Source: Moniliella sp. 'wahieum' (taxonomy: Eukaryota). Taken from it: a stretch of DNA of 64,000 bases. Where the stretch lies: positions 1-64,000 of the forward strand of contig RSEE01000098.1 of the NCBI GenBank assembly GCA_003971905.1. Reading direction: 5' to 3'. Positions 25,032 to 39,100 of this stretch are shown here, piece by piece. The notes beneath the pieces are model-generated. The model saw only the letters and a program-made list of their open reading frames with translations. It had not been told where the DNA came from and ran no database searches. The translations under genes and the position numbers were made by a program. Position 1 is the stretch's first letter. Each line of letters begins with the position of its first letter.

Positions 25032-28000
25032 GCTTCAAGTGGTCATCTGCACCGCCAGTGGGCCTGTGCGTGCAACCCGTCACGCGTCAGTACCGTCAGT
25101 ACGGATTGCGGAGGCGGCGGTATGAAACAGTGTTCCCAAGCCCCCAAAGAAAAAAAATACCCGTTGTTCGACGGTGCTGCTAGGGTTCTCCTGCGCGGCG
25201 CTCAATGGATCGGTGATGCTCGCCTAGCCGAGCGGAAGCGTTCCGCTCGCAGGCCGCGCACGCCCTGCTCGCTCCATCTCCCTTCTCTCTCTCCTTTCTC
25301 CTTCCCTTCAGACGTTGCTTGAAGACTTGTGGCTCACCACTTTGCCTTCACGCCTTGTCTGAAGGCTGCTTTGCAGCTGATCCATAGGATCGCGAGTGCT
25401 CCCAAGTCGCACTCTAGCATGCGTACCGTAGTGTCTAGTGCAACTTCCTGGCCGATTCCATGTTTGTTCCCTTGAACCAAGCTTGTCCTCGTGAGCGACA
25501 GTACTAGACCAGTTGAGATGACTGTGCAGCATATGTAAAGGAGTCAGAGGTTCCCGAGGATGTAGTAAGGCCACATAGTTGGAAATGAGAGAAGAAGCCC
25601 TTGAAGCACGATGGCTCGGACCTTAATTGGCACGCGCAGGTCGGATTCTAGTAGCGCCTGTAGTGAGTTGCTATCGGATCTCCATCTTGGCTGGGGAAAT
25701 GACATCGAATCCACTCGGTGTTTTTTTAGTATAACAATGCATTAGGGAGATGTACTAAGGAGAGGGGCGTGTATTCATTTGATCGCATTTTTTTTTTCTT
25801 TTATCGGTGCAGCATACTCTTACAATGAAAGCGCGCAAACAGCACAGTCCCGTTAACCGTGCATATCATGCTGCGGCCATCAGTGCCGCTAGCATGTCGG
25901 AGGCCGACATTCTGAGACCAATTCACGTTAGTTGTCCCCGCAAGCTCCTGTGACGTTGTCGCCACAACTTCTTCTCCAAGGCAACAGCCTGAATGGTATG
26001 CGAGACACGTGTCTTCTCTTGGAACTGAGTCTCCAAGTCAGTTAATTCTCGTCCATGTAAAACATCTTGCTTGTCTTCTGGGTGGCATCATATCATCTGG
26101 CGCCATCACGAGCGAAAAAAGAAACTCTTTGGTGCGTCTATATGATCCTGGTCTTTGTCATGTTCGTTTCATATTCCGCTTCATCCTACAGTCAGAGCAA
26201 GGCCTTTCTCTCCGCCATCCACGGCGTTGCGATTCCCTCCTGTGCGACCTACTGTATGGTTTGCAGCCTTCGCCTCCTTATTTTGTGCCCAAATCCACAC
26301 CACCCTTCCTGATTCGCACACGTCAGAGCCAGTTACTCGGTACTCCGTGTCTTCTCCACGTCCCGGGTCGTTCTCCTCCTCGACGGAGGAACGGCACAGC
26401 TATAAAAAGATTAGAGAGCCCGGTCATGGATTCAAGGTGCACCATAGAGTAGGAGCGGTCGGAAGGTTCGACTCACGTTATGTTCGTGCCTACCGGATTG
26501 CTGCCGGACCTAAGCAGGGCTGCAGACAAGAGGATGCCACTCCGGGGTATAGAGAGGTGGATTTTATGAGGGAGACTGCGTAGACACCGGCATGATTAGT
26601 AGTAGTCTGAAGTCGTTCATACTGGGGGACGGGTCAAAAAGAGACAGCGTGAGGGAACAACCACTGCCCTAACTCTCTTGCATTGAAGCGGATTGGAACT
26701 GAGACTAACACCTGAGGCTGAACGCTCCACCCATTGGTTTCGGGAAAGTCGAAACACTAAATGACCAGCAACGTGTAAATTTGAGATGGGGAAAGCTGAT
26801 CGGGAAAAAGTTGGGGAGCAGAGGAGGAGTAAGGTACTTGCGACGCCAATGAATTGACGTTCTTAGAAGGTTAAGCCAATCGAGTGTGTGGGAAAACAAT
26901 GAACTATTGTTTATTGTAAGCAGAGACTAAAGGGGAAACGACGCAGCAGAGGGAGAACATGGAGATGGGCAAGGGATTGGGGACAGTCGCCATAAGGGAG
27001 AGACTGCTTCCAGGCGGTGATGAACCCCAAAAAACAAGCGGACTCGCAACGCTCCCTCCCCATACTTAGAAGAGACATACATGGGTTATATAAGAACAGA
27101 AGCTATAAAAGGAGAGAGGCGGCTGTGGCTGCCAAAAGGGGCTACGTAGGTTAATGGCTGCTAAAACTGCCGAACATGGTTCGACGGCTTTAACTTCGAC
27201 CTCAGTTGGCTGTGAGCTTTTGGAAGGACCCGAGAGCTCTGATAAGGCAGCAGTGGAGATAAAACATCTCGGGCCATATATTTTAGATCTCGGATCGGAT
27301 CCGATCCGTACAACCCTCCCATCACGCAGGTATTTCCCAGCTTCATCATATCTCTGCTCCATCGGGGAGGAGGCATCGCCATCGGGTCTGCTGCCCCACA
27401 CATGAAAGTAAGGAATAAGGGGAGACAGAACTTGTCGGGGTGGGAGAGACGAAGAGAGCGCGTAGGCTCATCTGCCGGGTTTGCTATAGCCCCTCTTCGC
27501 CGGTAACCAGCCCAACTCAGTAAGGAGTTGGGAGCGCCACAGTCAGAAAAAATCCATCACGTGCATCACACATGCTGCCACTTCAGTCTCGCGGTCAGAG
27601 AGGCGAGATGCAAGGACAAACCTTGATCATAAGTGGCCATAGAGTTCCGCAACCTGTTTCCTCACGACACCGCAAAGCCGATCCCAATCTCACCCCGAAA
27701 ATGCCGATCACCATACCGATCACCATACAACGAAATGATGATGCTACTATCTCTAAATGTAGTCTGTTGGGGGGAGGGCTCTGCTATATATCTGGGTTCG
27801 CGCTGGTGAGAGTGGGGTGTCTGCGGCATGGCACTTATTATAAGAGTGTGGCCATACTAGTGCCCTAGTGTTTCCGAACACCTGAACGAACGAAAATGCT
27901 GAAGAAGCTAACCCCTCCAATGTTCTACAGTGCCGTTCGAGCTCTTTCTTCAACTTTTCTATAATAGCTACTTGTGGTCGTCGCGCAAAGGGAGAACTGC

Positions 28001-28264
28001 TATTCAAACAAAAGCACAACATGTCTCCCAGATGAGGCTGCCAAGTTCCCGACTCCACTCAGATGCGGTTCCCTTTTGTCTAGTAACCGGAGAGCTGGCT
28101 TCCTTTCTTGGTTCTGTTCGGCAAGCTCTGTAAATCTACCTGGGCAGGCTGGCACATGTGACCGTCACAGCACATCAATGATACTTACTACAAGGACCAA
28201 ACAAAAGTAGATACTTTTCCTCCCTTCCCCTCCCCTGATTTTCCACAACAAAAAGAGGGAAATG

Positions 28265-30100
28265 TCACAACCAGCCCATCCCCCCTCTTCTTTGGTGAGG
28301 CGAATGGTACGTCCATACCTCCCCCTGGTTGGTTTGGTCTCATCCACGACCACTCCGCCATTGACCAGGACGAAGCGGATGCCTCGTGCACAACGGCGGG
28401 GATGCGCAAACGTCGAGGCGTCCCCCACCTCTTCTGGGTTCAGCAATACCAAATCAGCTCTCATTCCATCCTTGATCCAGCCGCGATCCTTGAGGCCCAA
28501 GACAGTTGCAGGGCGGCTGGTGAGGTGGGACACGGCTTCTTCCAGCCCACCGGGAAAGACGGTGGTGGGTTCGACCTGAACAAATGATTCACTCTGCAGC
28601 GAAGGGGTGGGCTCCGTTCCGTCCGTGCCCAAAGGCGGGGGTGTGAGAGTGGCGTGGGGATCGGCAAGGTAAATGTCTCTGGACTTGGGGGAGGTCGCGC
28701 GCATAATGGCCTAAGTAACGAGGGAACGTGCCCCAAGCCCTGGGGTGGGGTTTGGCACCGACGAGGATCCCGTCGCTGCCTCCACAGTGGAATGCGTCCT
28801 GCATGATCGCACGGACATTCTCTTCGTGTCCGACGTGTGGAGGATGGTGGTGCCCAGGGAATCTTCGATGAGGATGCGGCGAAAAACGTCAAAGGGTGTT
28901 GGCTTGCCCTTGGGCACAGGGGCAGGCCACGCTTCTTCCGCAAACAGGGTCATCGACCCAGGTTTCGCGACGAGCTCCTGAATCTCAGCGATCGTTTTTC
29001 CTACCAAGCCGTTCAATTTGGGGTTAGTGACGCCACTAATCTCGATCGTATCCCACTCGAGGGTACAACCGTGGCATCCGTCAGTCCCTACGACCTCAAC
29101 ATCATGTTGGAGCCGGGGGATTTGGGCCGGGTCTTGGAGACAATGGAGAATGTCGCCCCCGCAGCTGCCCAGCTGGGAAGGAGGGCGGCCAAGGTGGTGC
29201 TTCCTGGCAGGTAGGGATAGGTGTCGAGGGTAATGGCGACGCCTTGGTCGCGAGCGGTGTGAAGCATAGTGAGAAACTCCTGTGCCTTTCCCTTGTTTTC
29301 AGCAAAGTTGAGGGTGGCATGGGTAAGGTGGAGGCGGACGCCGGTCGCCTTGGCCAAATCGACCATCTCCTGGTAAGCCTGCATTGCGCCGCGACCATAG
29401 GACCGATGATGGGGGCTGTAGTACCCCCCGTACGATGCCACGACAGCAAGCAGCTGAGCCAACTCGCTATCGGGCGCATACATACCCGGGACGTACGTCA
29501 AGCCCGAGCTCATTCCGACCGCGCCCTCTTCCAGCGCGGTACGGAGGAGATGCTTCATCTGCTCCACCTCCTCGGTGCTGGCCGGGCGCGGGTCGTAACC
29601 GAGGACCAGCATGCGGAGGTTGCCCTGGGAACGAGGTAGGCGACGTTGGTTGCCACCCGTCGTTTCTCGAGCGTGGCAAGGTACTCACCCGTCGAGCGCC
29701 ATTCCCAAAAGGCGTCGTCGGAAGGGTTGCCGTCCCATCCTGCAATCTGCGTGCGGATCCAGCCGAGGGTGGTGTCGGTGACGGGTGCGTATGAGATGCC
29801 GTCCTGACCGAGCACCTCGGTGGTGACGCCCTGGGTGACTTTGGCGAGGTGGGCGGGGGTGTGGAGCACATTCAAATCCGAGTGGGCGTGCATGTCGATG
29901 AAGCCAGGGGCGAGCGCAAAGCGGCCGTGGTGGCAGTCGACCACGCGCGCCGCCTGTGCTTCGAGCGCAGCGGGGTCGCCGCGGGCAATGGCGGCAATGC
30001 GGCCGTCGCGGACGAGGACCGATGCCTGGTACGACTGACCGCCGGACCCGTCGAGCACGCGTGCGTTGAGAAAGAGGAGGCTGTCGGGGGGCGGGGGCAT
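28265..30100 (-). CDS. N-acyl-D-amino-acid deacylase (D-aminoacylase, amidohydrolase family), frameshifted
   Basis: LAPGFIDMHAHSD, QGVTTEVLGQDGISYAP, GAVGMSSGLTYVPGMYA, GGSDGILVGAKPHPRAWGTFPRYLG, DRGWIKDGMRADLVL. Confidence 0.92.
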
Positions 30101-30576
30101 GGTAGTAGCGGTGGGGAGGATGGTGGGGAGGATGGTTTGGAGGATAGATGGGACGGAGCGATAGCAGAGAACGCGGAGTTATAAGTCAGCGCACAGGCCC
30201 ACACCAGCCCCAGACCACCAGTCGGTGCGGCGCCCAAATCGCCCAAATGGTTAATCGCCCCAGCGGCGGTGCAGGGTCCAGCCAGATTCGTCGCTGCGTC
30301 GCCGATAAGCGCGTGGGCCCGGCAAAAGCGCCGGAAGCGGGTGACTGGGAATGCTGCATTTACCCCACCCCCGCGCCCATCGGTGCAACCGCCAGGCGTG
30401 TGACCCAGGGGGCGGAATTGTGGCCACGGGTGTTCCGCGAAATTTTTGCTCGGGCAGCGTCCAAGGCAGGCAGGCAGACAGACAGACAGACAGACAGGCG
30501 GACCCAAACGTACCCAGGACGGGTGCTGCGTTGTGCGTCCCCACCACCTTGGACGAGAATCTGCTGTCGACTGGGG

Positions 30577-32003
30577 ATGGCTGCGCCCTCGCAGGACGAT
30601 GCGCAGAAGCGCAAACGCAAACGCTCCCACAAGAAAAAGTCGCGTCTTCCCTCCGGCTCTCCCGAGGCCGAACCGGAACGCGCTCCGCCCGTGTCCCAGC
30701 CGCAGCCGCTGTCTGCACTTGAACGCAAGGCGTCTGAGCCCACCCCCGCGCCTACGCCTACGCCTGCGCCCGCGCCACAAGTCGCCCGCCGAGCGTATGG
30801 AAACAACTGCTCCTGAACCCCAAGCGGATGAACCCGCAAAGCGCAAACGCCACCGCACCAGAAAACGCAAGCCCACGGGGGCCAGTCTCGACTCGGCTTC
30901 CGCGCCTGTTGTTGCACCTGCGTCTGTGCCTGCTACGATCAAGCCGGTGTCTGCACCCCTTTCCGGTACTACCAACAAACCGCGTTCCCCCAGCATTTCT
31001 TCCTCTTCCTCATCATCGTCTCTTCGTCCTCGTCCTCCGATTCATCCTCATCCGACTCTGACTCGGACTCGGATTCTGACTCGGACTCCTCTTCCGACTC
31101 TTCAGATTCGGACTCGGACTCATCCGCGGACGAGCGGCCTCAGAAGCGTACGCGGCGGGGCAAAAAACGGACGGGGGTGGACGCCTCGGTGGGAACAGCT
31201 GCGACGTCTCAAGGAAGCGGGACCGGAGGCGGGGCAGGTACGCTCGGAGCAGTACAGCCGAAACCTGTGTTGACGGTACCTGATGCGTCGGGTGCGCCTG
31301 ACCCAAAGGTGGATGAGCGACTGCGGAGGCAAGGCAGCCAAGCGGAAGGGACTGCGGGTGCGGTAGCGTATGCGATTGCGTGGTGTGCAGCGCAACAGGG
31401 AGTAGGCCAATGGAGGTTCAACAAGGGCAAGCAGAATTGGCTGTTACGGCATGTGGTCAATGCTCCGCCGACAGAGGAGGATGTTCCGGCTGCACCACCG
31501 GCGCCACCGGCACCCTCGTCGGTCGAGACAGGGGGAAAGCAGACCGACCCGAAGGCGGCAGACGCGCCGGACTCCGGTCCCGAAGCGGCCGTAACGTCGG
31601 CAACATCCGAGCCCAAAGAGACCCAAGAAACCCAAGAGACCCAAGAGGAACAGGCAGCTAGCGAAGCGCCTGAGGCCATCGCTCCACCTGTTTTGGAACC
31701 GGGTCGTACCTGCCTGAGGACTATGTGCCGTATGTGGCGGCGTACCTGGCTGGTTTGATGGGGCGATCGAGGGAGGCGCTGTTGACGGAACTGCGTGCAC
31801 TGGCAACGCGATCGGGACCGGGACCTTCTGCGGTGCCAGCCGTAGCGTCGGGGTCTGCTGAGCCCAAAGTGAATGCCAAAAAGAGCAAGAAGGCCGCTTG
31901 TCCCACAGGGGCCGACGCCGCAGGACCTGGCCATTGCTTCCGCCAAGCGGAGGCGGGCTCGGGAGGTGCTGCGCTGGTTCGAGTAAGCGCATCATCAGAC
32001 TGA
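30577..32003 (+). CDS. WKF-domain (DUF2373/C7orf50-like) protein
   Basis: WRFNKGKQNWLLRHV followed by YVAAYLAGLMGRSREAL; Lys/Ser-rich N-terminus. Confidence 0.8.
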
Positions 32004-32643
32004 ATTTGAGTCCATCCATTTGGCTCTGGGCCGAGTTTTGAGTCCATCCTTTTAGCCCTGTGGCCTGGGCATGGCCATTGACTGGTATAACTAGGCAGAG
32101 GCATGAGAATGTAGTTGGGCTGTTTGGTCAGGGTAGTTGAAACGCGTTAGATTCTCAATGCACACTTCCACCACACAGCGCACTCAACACTGGCCTCGAA
32201 CAATCCATGTTATGGCTCCATCTGACGATCCAAGCTAGTAGCTGTCCACTCGGGCAAGGCCACGCGCGACCATCCAATTCACCACTCCACGCCTTATCCG
32301 TCACAGATACGGGCCCAGGGAATATAGAGACGGCGGCTTTGGGAAAGAAGACCAAGCAAGCCAACCTGGCATCTACGTACGTACACTGACGGTCTATTCA
32401 ATATTCAAACGGGACAAAGCTGCCGTTTTTCTTTCGTGGAACCAAAAAGGGGATGGGTGAGGTGAGGGAGGTGAATAGGTGAGGAAAGGAGGAAGCAGGT
32501 CAAGGGAAATGGGAGACGGGAGACGGGAGACGGATGAAGACGAAAGCTGAGGAGAAAAGGGAAACGGGAAAGGGGAATGGGGAATGGGGAAAGGTGAGAG
32601 GACACTCGCCCCCGTACTGCTCAAGACCTCGAGAGCTCAGATC

Positions 32644-34078
32644 TCAAGCCTCAGCGGGCTGCTCGGCATACGCGCCCTCCTCGTACGTGCCATCTTCCTC
32701 CAAGTAAACCTCGTCATCGTCGATACCAGCCTCGGCGTACATTTGATACTCGCGCAGCAAGTCTTGGAGGTTAGACTCGGCTTCTGTGAATTCGAGTTCG
32801 TCCATGCCTTCAGAGGTGTACCAGTGGGGAACGCTTTGCGGCGGAACATGGCCGAAAACTGTTCGGCAACGCGCTTGAACAAGTCTTGGATCGCCGTCGA
32901 GTTGCCAATAAACGTCACGGCCATCTTGGTGCCCGTGGGCGGGATGTCACAGTGAGCAGTTTGGACATTGTTAGGGATCCATTCGACAAAGTAAGCTGCA
33001 TGCTTGGCCTGGTTGGCTTGCATTTGGTCTTCCACCTCCTTCATCGACACCTTGCCCCGGAAATAAGCCGCAACGGTGAGGTAGCGGCCGTGACGCGGGT
33101 CCGCGGCGGCCATCATGTTCTTGCTCTCAAACATTTGCTGCGTGAGCTCGGGCACGGTGACAGCGCGGTACTGCTGGCTGCCACGTGCCGTGAGCGGGGC
33201 AAAGCCAACCATAAAGAAGTGAAGACGGGGAAAGGGGACCATGTTGACAGCAAGCTTACGCAAATCCGAGTTGAGTTGGGCCGGGAACCGAAGGCAGGTG
33301 GTGATACCCGACATGACCAAGCGAAACCAGATGGTTGAGAGTCGTCGTACCCCGGCGCCTTGAGTTTGAGCGTGCGGAGCAAATGTCATACAAGCCTCAT
33401 TGTCAATGCAGAACGATTCGTCCGAGTTCTCCACGAGCTGGTGCACCGACAGTGTGGCATTGTACGGCTCGACCACCGTGTCCGACACCTTGGGCGAAGG
33501 CAGAACCGAAAACGTGGCCATCATGCGGTCTGGGAATTCCTCGCGGATCTTGGAGATGAGCAGGGTGCCATGCCAGCGCCCGTGCCACCTCCGAGCGAGT
33601 GGGTGATCTGGAAACCCTTGGAGCATACGCATCCTTCCGTTTCCTTGCGCACAACGTCCAGGACCGAGTCGACGAGTCTGCGCCCCGTGTAATGGCCCTT
33701 GGCCCATTGTTGCCGGCGCCCGACTGGCCAAAGACAAGTTGTCGGGGCGGAAGAAACGGCCCATGGGGCCAGAGCGAATCGAGTCCATCGTGCCTGGCTC
33801 GAGGTCGATCGGACGCGCGGGGGACGAAGCGAGCGTTGGTGGCCTCGTTGCTGGGAGGGGAGGGGTTAGTTGTTTTGGGGTGTGGATGGAAAGGAGGAAG
33901 GAGTGGGTGGTAAGGAGGGGTGCGTACTAGTAAACATCGATCTTCTCTAACTGGAGGGTGTTGGTGCCGACGTAGGCGCCGGTCGAGTCGATGCCATGCT
34001 CATCGGAGAGGACCTCCCAGAACTTGGTGCCGATTTGGTTGCCGCATTGGCCGTCTGCAGGTGGACAATCTCGCGCAT
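32644..34078 (-). CDS. TUB2: Beta-tubulin (intron near 33853-33927; frameshifts)
   Basis: [56 protein letters not shown], and an acidic C-terminal tail ending in TGA. Confidence 0.97.
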
Positions 34079-34776
34079 GGGGGGGGCTGGTGAAGGCAGA
34101 TGGGGGGGAGAGTGGATGCGAGAGTGGGGCGATGGTGGGGGAAAGCACGCAGAGAGAAGCGAGCGGGATGGCCCTGCCTCCCACGGAAGTGGATACGCTA
34201 AGCGAGCCGCAATGGCTGGGCAAGCACGAGGGCAGCCGGACGGGACGGGGGTGGGCGTGCGCAAAGACAGGCGCCAGGCGGGGGATGGCGTCTGGCGCTG
34301 TCGAGCACTCAGTACTCAAGTGCAGTCTTCCTCCACCCGTGCGTCGTTAACCAAGTAACCACCAACCAACGTCCAACACCCATCCCCACCCAGGGGCTAA
34401 GTCCCATCTCTAACAAGTACAAGCGAAGCGCACACTGCGATGCAGCATGTCAACGTCTGCTCAGCCCGAGCCCTCATCGAGCACGTCCCACAATCATTAG
34501 CGACAACCAACCCCTCCGTGTCCTCAGTACCAAACTCGAGTAAATACGTTGCTGTCTCTTGCCCGATGTTATAAGCAAACCAAGTCTAATTAACTCTCTC
34601 CTCCTCGACTCAAACCCTCGCACCTTCAGCACCCTCAACCCCTGATCAGTTCACGACAGTGCAGTACTTCTGTATCTAGGTCCCGGAAAGGAAAACAGCA
34701 ATAAGGGGCGGACGGAGTAAGGGCGGGGGGACGGGGGAGAATTCCTGCGAGAAAAAGTGCGAGGGAGGGGGGGGGA

Positions 34777-35693
34777 TTAACAGCATCCTGACTTGGCGTC
34801 CGAGCCACCATCGTTTTGCGCTCGGTTGGACCGTGATGGTTTCCCCGCCGGTCGGTTGATCCCAGTGCCGGAATCCTGAAGGGTTTGTTTGGAGGCGATG
34901 TGGTAAATCTCTGTGAGAACGAAAAAAAAAAACAGGGAGAGATGATAGCAATTAGGACGAGTCCGGCAGAACGACGCGGTGCGTGTGTGGGTGCATGCAT
35001 GCATGCATGAGCCACGGCGCAAGGGGAGCAGGCGTACCGGTGATAATGTTCTGGAAGGCCGACTCGACATTGGAAGCCTCCTTGGCGGACGTCTCAATGA
35101 ACGACAAGCCATTCTCCGCTGTGAGACCGAGTAGAGTGAGTGATGACAAGCGAAGAAAAGGGGGGGGGGAGACAGGAAGAGGATGGGGGACGTACTGGCA
35201 AACGCTTGTGCTTCCTCGGTAGGCACCGCGCGGAGATGCTTCAAATCACTCTTGTTTCCAACGAGCATGATGACAATGTTGCTATCGGCCTGATCGCGGA
35301 GCTCCTTGAGCCACCGCGCGACATTGACATACGATTGGTGCTTGGAGATGTCATAGACCAGCAGCGCGCCCACTGCACCGCGGTAATACGCCGACGTGAT
35401 GGCGCGGTACCGCTCTTGGCCCGCAGTGTCCCAAATCTGCGCCTTGATCACCTTGTCGTCCACGGCGACGCTGCGCGTGGCAAACTCGACGCCAATGGTG
35501 CTCTTCGAATCGGGGTTGAACTCATTGCGCGTGAAACGCGTCAAGAGGTTGGACTTGCCTGCGTCGGCGCGTCGGCGCGTCAGCGCGGCCCCAAACGAGC
35601 AGGACAAGCAAGGCGGCAGGGCAGAAACGTACCGGTGGCGGCATCGCCCACAAGGACAACCTTGTAGAGAAAGTCGTAGTTGGACTCGACCAT
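34777..35693 (-). CDS. RAB11: Rab11/Ypt3 family GTPase (three introns)
   Basis: [58 protein letters not shown]-terminal GCC. Confidence 0.95.
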
Positions 35694-36368
35694 GGTGAAG
35701 GGGGTTAGTACTGACGCAAGCAATCGGCCAGGACGGGGTAGGTGCTGATGGTGGCGACGGCCAATCCGCCTCGCCTCGATCGGGCGGCGGCGCCACCGCA
35801 CCGACGAGAGCAACCAGGAGCAACCCTACAGTCGCACGTGGAGGCCCCACAGACCCAGTGCTGGCTGCGGGACGCGCGCACCGCACCGCTCTCCCGCCCG
35901 GTCACGTGCGGACATCAGTCACTTGCCCGCGTCCCCGTGTCAGAGCAGTGTCACATGCATGTCACAGATCTCAGAGCGCCACCAGACGGGCGCCACCACG
36001 ACGCGTATCGCAGACGCCCAACTCAGTACTCAGTCGGAGTACTCAGTACACATTCCTCTGTTGGTTTAGTTGGTCGAGTGGCGGAACAAAAGCCAGCCAC
36101 ATCAAACTGGGTTCGTCAGGTCTGGAGCGCGGGTTGGTGCCCTGGTCAAGTGTATTGCGTCTGCCCATCATCTCAAGTGAAACACAGAAAGCTATCGTCA
36201 TCCAGCAGATGTGCCCAAAAGATGTGGGTGCGTGGGTTGATATAGAAGTAAACAATAGGAGTGTGCTTAAACCCCGGACCAACAGCAAAAGAGAGTAAAG
36301 TAAGCGCCTCGCCCTTGAAGCTTTTGTTCTGGGTCAGAGCCTTGCGCCTTCGAGAGCCTCTTCAAGCT

Positions 36369-37003
36369 TCAAGGGGCGTACGCAACGGCCTCAATTTCAA
36401 TGAGGCAGTCGCGAGGGACTGCGAGAGAGAAGCACGCGCTTCGGAGTTAGTCACCACACCATACAACCCCAGCACTCGATGCCAAAAAACAAAAGCAAGA
36501 GGGAGCATGCAAGAGCGGGTAAAGGGGAGGGAGGCGAAGGGGAGGGGGGGGGGACGTACGTTTACCAGCCTGGACACAAGTCCGAGCCGGCATGCCACCC
36601 TGGCTGCGGGGGATCAAGTCGACATAGACTTGGTTGACCGCATCAAAGTCCGAGATGGATTTGAGGAAAATGTTGACTTTGACCAAGTGGGCGAGGGACG
36701 AGCCGGCGGCAGCCAAAGCGCGAGAGAGGTTGTGAATGCACTGAGCAGTACTGGGCTTGATACCGCCCTGGACCAGCTCGCCCGTTTCGGGTACGATGGG
36801 GATTTGGCCTGACAGGTACAGCAGCTGGGCCGTGGCGGGCACAGCGACAACGTGGTTGTAAATCGGGGCCGAGGGCAGGTCAGGGCGTTGATGCGGCTGA
36901 CGACAGACAGACTGGGAGGGGTGGGGGTAAGGTGGGTGGCGATCTGGGCGGTGCGAGTGGAGACGGAGGAGACGGCAGTGGGGGGCGCCGCGGGCGGAAG
37001 CAT
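36369..37003 (-). CDS. RidA/YjgF/YER057c family imine deaminase
   Basis: LYLSGQIP, LVKVNIFL...DFDAVNQVY, PARTCVQ, and after an intron LPRDCLIEIEAVA. Confidence 0.92.
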
Positions 37004-38650
37004 GGGGAAGGCAGCTACGAGATGGAGGTGGTGCGGCGGGTCGCCCAAACCGCTTGTTGGTGACGGCCACCGACAGCGGCAAGGGCAGCTGGCCGGTGCA
37101 CATCGCATCACCGGTGCATCACCTACCACAGGTGCCCCACCCGCCGGTCTCATCGATCATCGCCAGCCGCACAGAGGACTCGACAATATATAGCCAGTGG
37201 GAATATGTCCGATCGTTTTCATCGGCCAGCGGACTATCGACCATCGGGAATCGACCATAGTGTGCTGCCAGCCAGTGGCCATACCACGCTCACCCAGGTG
37301 AGCGATCGATTGCCCTTTGTCGACTGTGTTCGCATTACCACCAAACGCTCAATGGCTATATCGAAACGCAAGAATGGAACTCGGGTTCCGAGTGTATGCC
37401 ACGACGCCCAAGACGCCTCACGTCACGCTTCTTTACTAGCTCGCATTTGAGGCGTCCTTGAGGCAGGACGAGCCAGCTGCGCCTCACGAAGCACCTACCA
37501 CGAACAAGCTTGTGGCGTCTACCATGCCCGGGGCATGGGGCGTAATCCGTTCGTCGAAGGAAAAAATGCGTTTGTGCGAGACCAGCTCCAGACCTATGTG
37601 GACGATATACGTTGCATGTCGAGCTGTTCGTTCGTCAGCAGTGCTTCGGGCAATAGAATATCTGACAGACATGTGATGTTCGGAAAAGAGATTCTGTACA
37701 GTCTTCCCTTGCTGCTCGACAAGTTGGAGGAGAGCCGCTTCAACTTGGCTTGGCCCTGCGCCGATTCAGTTCATCCCGCTCCAAAGTGCAGGTACGACTG
37801 ATAGTGGATGCGGCTCAGGTGGGACTGCTAGATGCGTGCAAGTCCGTACCGGCCACCAGTCTGCTTCCTCACTCTCATATCGGTGAGGATGCTCATGATG
37901 TTCCAGCGGGTCTGACAGAGGAAGAGATCATCCTAGGGCGGGTAGGACGCCTGGCCATGTTTATCAAGATTGGCGTTGGCGGTGCATGTGCGGGCAACGA
38001 AGCCAACGGCTTCGAGGTGGATATAGGCTGTTGCACTCGATTGGGCACAAGTCAAGTGCCCCCACGAGAGCATCTCTGGGTTTTACGCCCCCGCGGGGCA
38101 AAGTTATGCGAACACGACGGTAGCCCAAGCCTAGCCGACACGTTTCTCCAAACCGATGTGGAGAGGTGAGCAACATGGCAGTTGCGTGTGCGCTTGCACT
38201 GTTGGCCCAACCTCCATCTGTCAAGCACCGGCACAACCATCCCTTTGTCCGTAGTGTCGGCAGCACGCCGATGGCTTATGCGGCGATAGCGCGTGCGCGT
38301 GCCCACACAGTTGCACCAAAGACCCATCAGTTGAACGGGGAAAGATAAACACTTGGTCGGTCTACGAAATGGTGATCAGAGTACTGCGTGAGCGCGGGTG
38401 AGCGACTCTACAGAAAAGTCAGAGAAAGCGACATGAGCTACCGCTGGCAATGCATAGGGTCACGACCCATTTTGTCTGCGTATAATTACGTGGGGGGTAA
38501 GCTATCGCCCCCATTCGGCCTGCTGTACCAACCGCGGTAGGAGCAATGGCCGACACACTGGTCCCAGTCGAGCTTCTCATCGGCCCAGCTGCAACCCAAG
38601 ACACGTATGTGTCGCAATACGAAGCCCACGTCCGCCGTCACCTCACGCGA

Positions 38651-39100
38651 TTACCTGCGAATTCCTTGGCCACGCGGCGCGCCGCGTCCACGACGAGATT
38701 GGGCTGATGGATAGAGTCAGCAGCTGACTCGAGCTCGGTCGAAGGGAAGGGGTGGGGTACAAGAAGAGCACTTACCGCGCAGGATGGTGGCCTTGCCTCG
38801 GGCACTACCGATGCCGCGGCCCTTGAGTGCGTTGGGCCCGACGCGCTTGAACATGGGTGCCTGCTGGAGCATGTCGGGCACGACGACGAAGCGAATCATG
38901 GAGCCGCGGACATAGACCGAGTCCATGGGGCTCTGCTTGCCGTCGCGGGCGGTAACGGTGACCTCTTTGAGGGAGACGTTGAGGTTGTCCTCGGCCTCAA
39001 AGAGTTTGCCGCGGTACGACGCGCCGCCCTTGATCTCGACGGTGACGATGTGTCCGAGGGCCTCGTGGAGGAGCTTGACGGGGATGCCGAGGGCAGCCAT
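38651..39100 (-). CDS. SMD3: Small nuclear ribonucleoprotein Sm D3
   Basis: GIPVKLLHEALGHIVTVE...YRGKLFEAEDN...VYVRGSMIRF; a GTAAGT intron precedes an RG-rich last exon. Confidence 0.95.

Noticed and set aside
26420..26480. tRNA suggested by GGTTCGACTC
   Set aside because: No cloverleaf or A-box could be formed.
33927..33929. Premature TAG in beta-tubulin
   Set aside because: It is an exon-intron boundary (TA|GTACGC).
37205..38350. Possible gene between RidA and SmD3
   Set aside because: Only short frames with no recognisable motif; no product could be supported.
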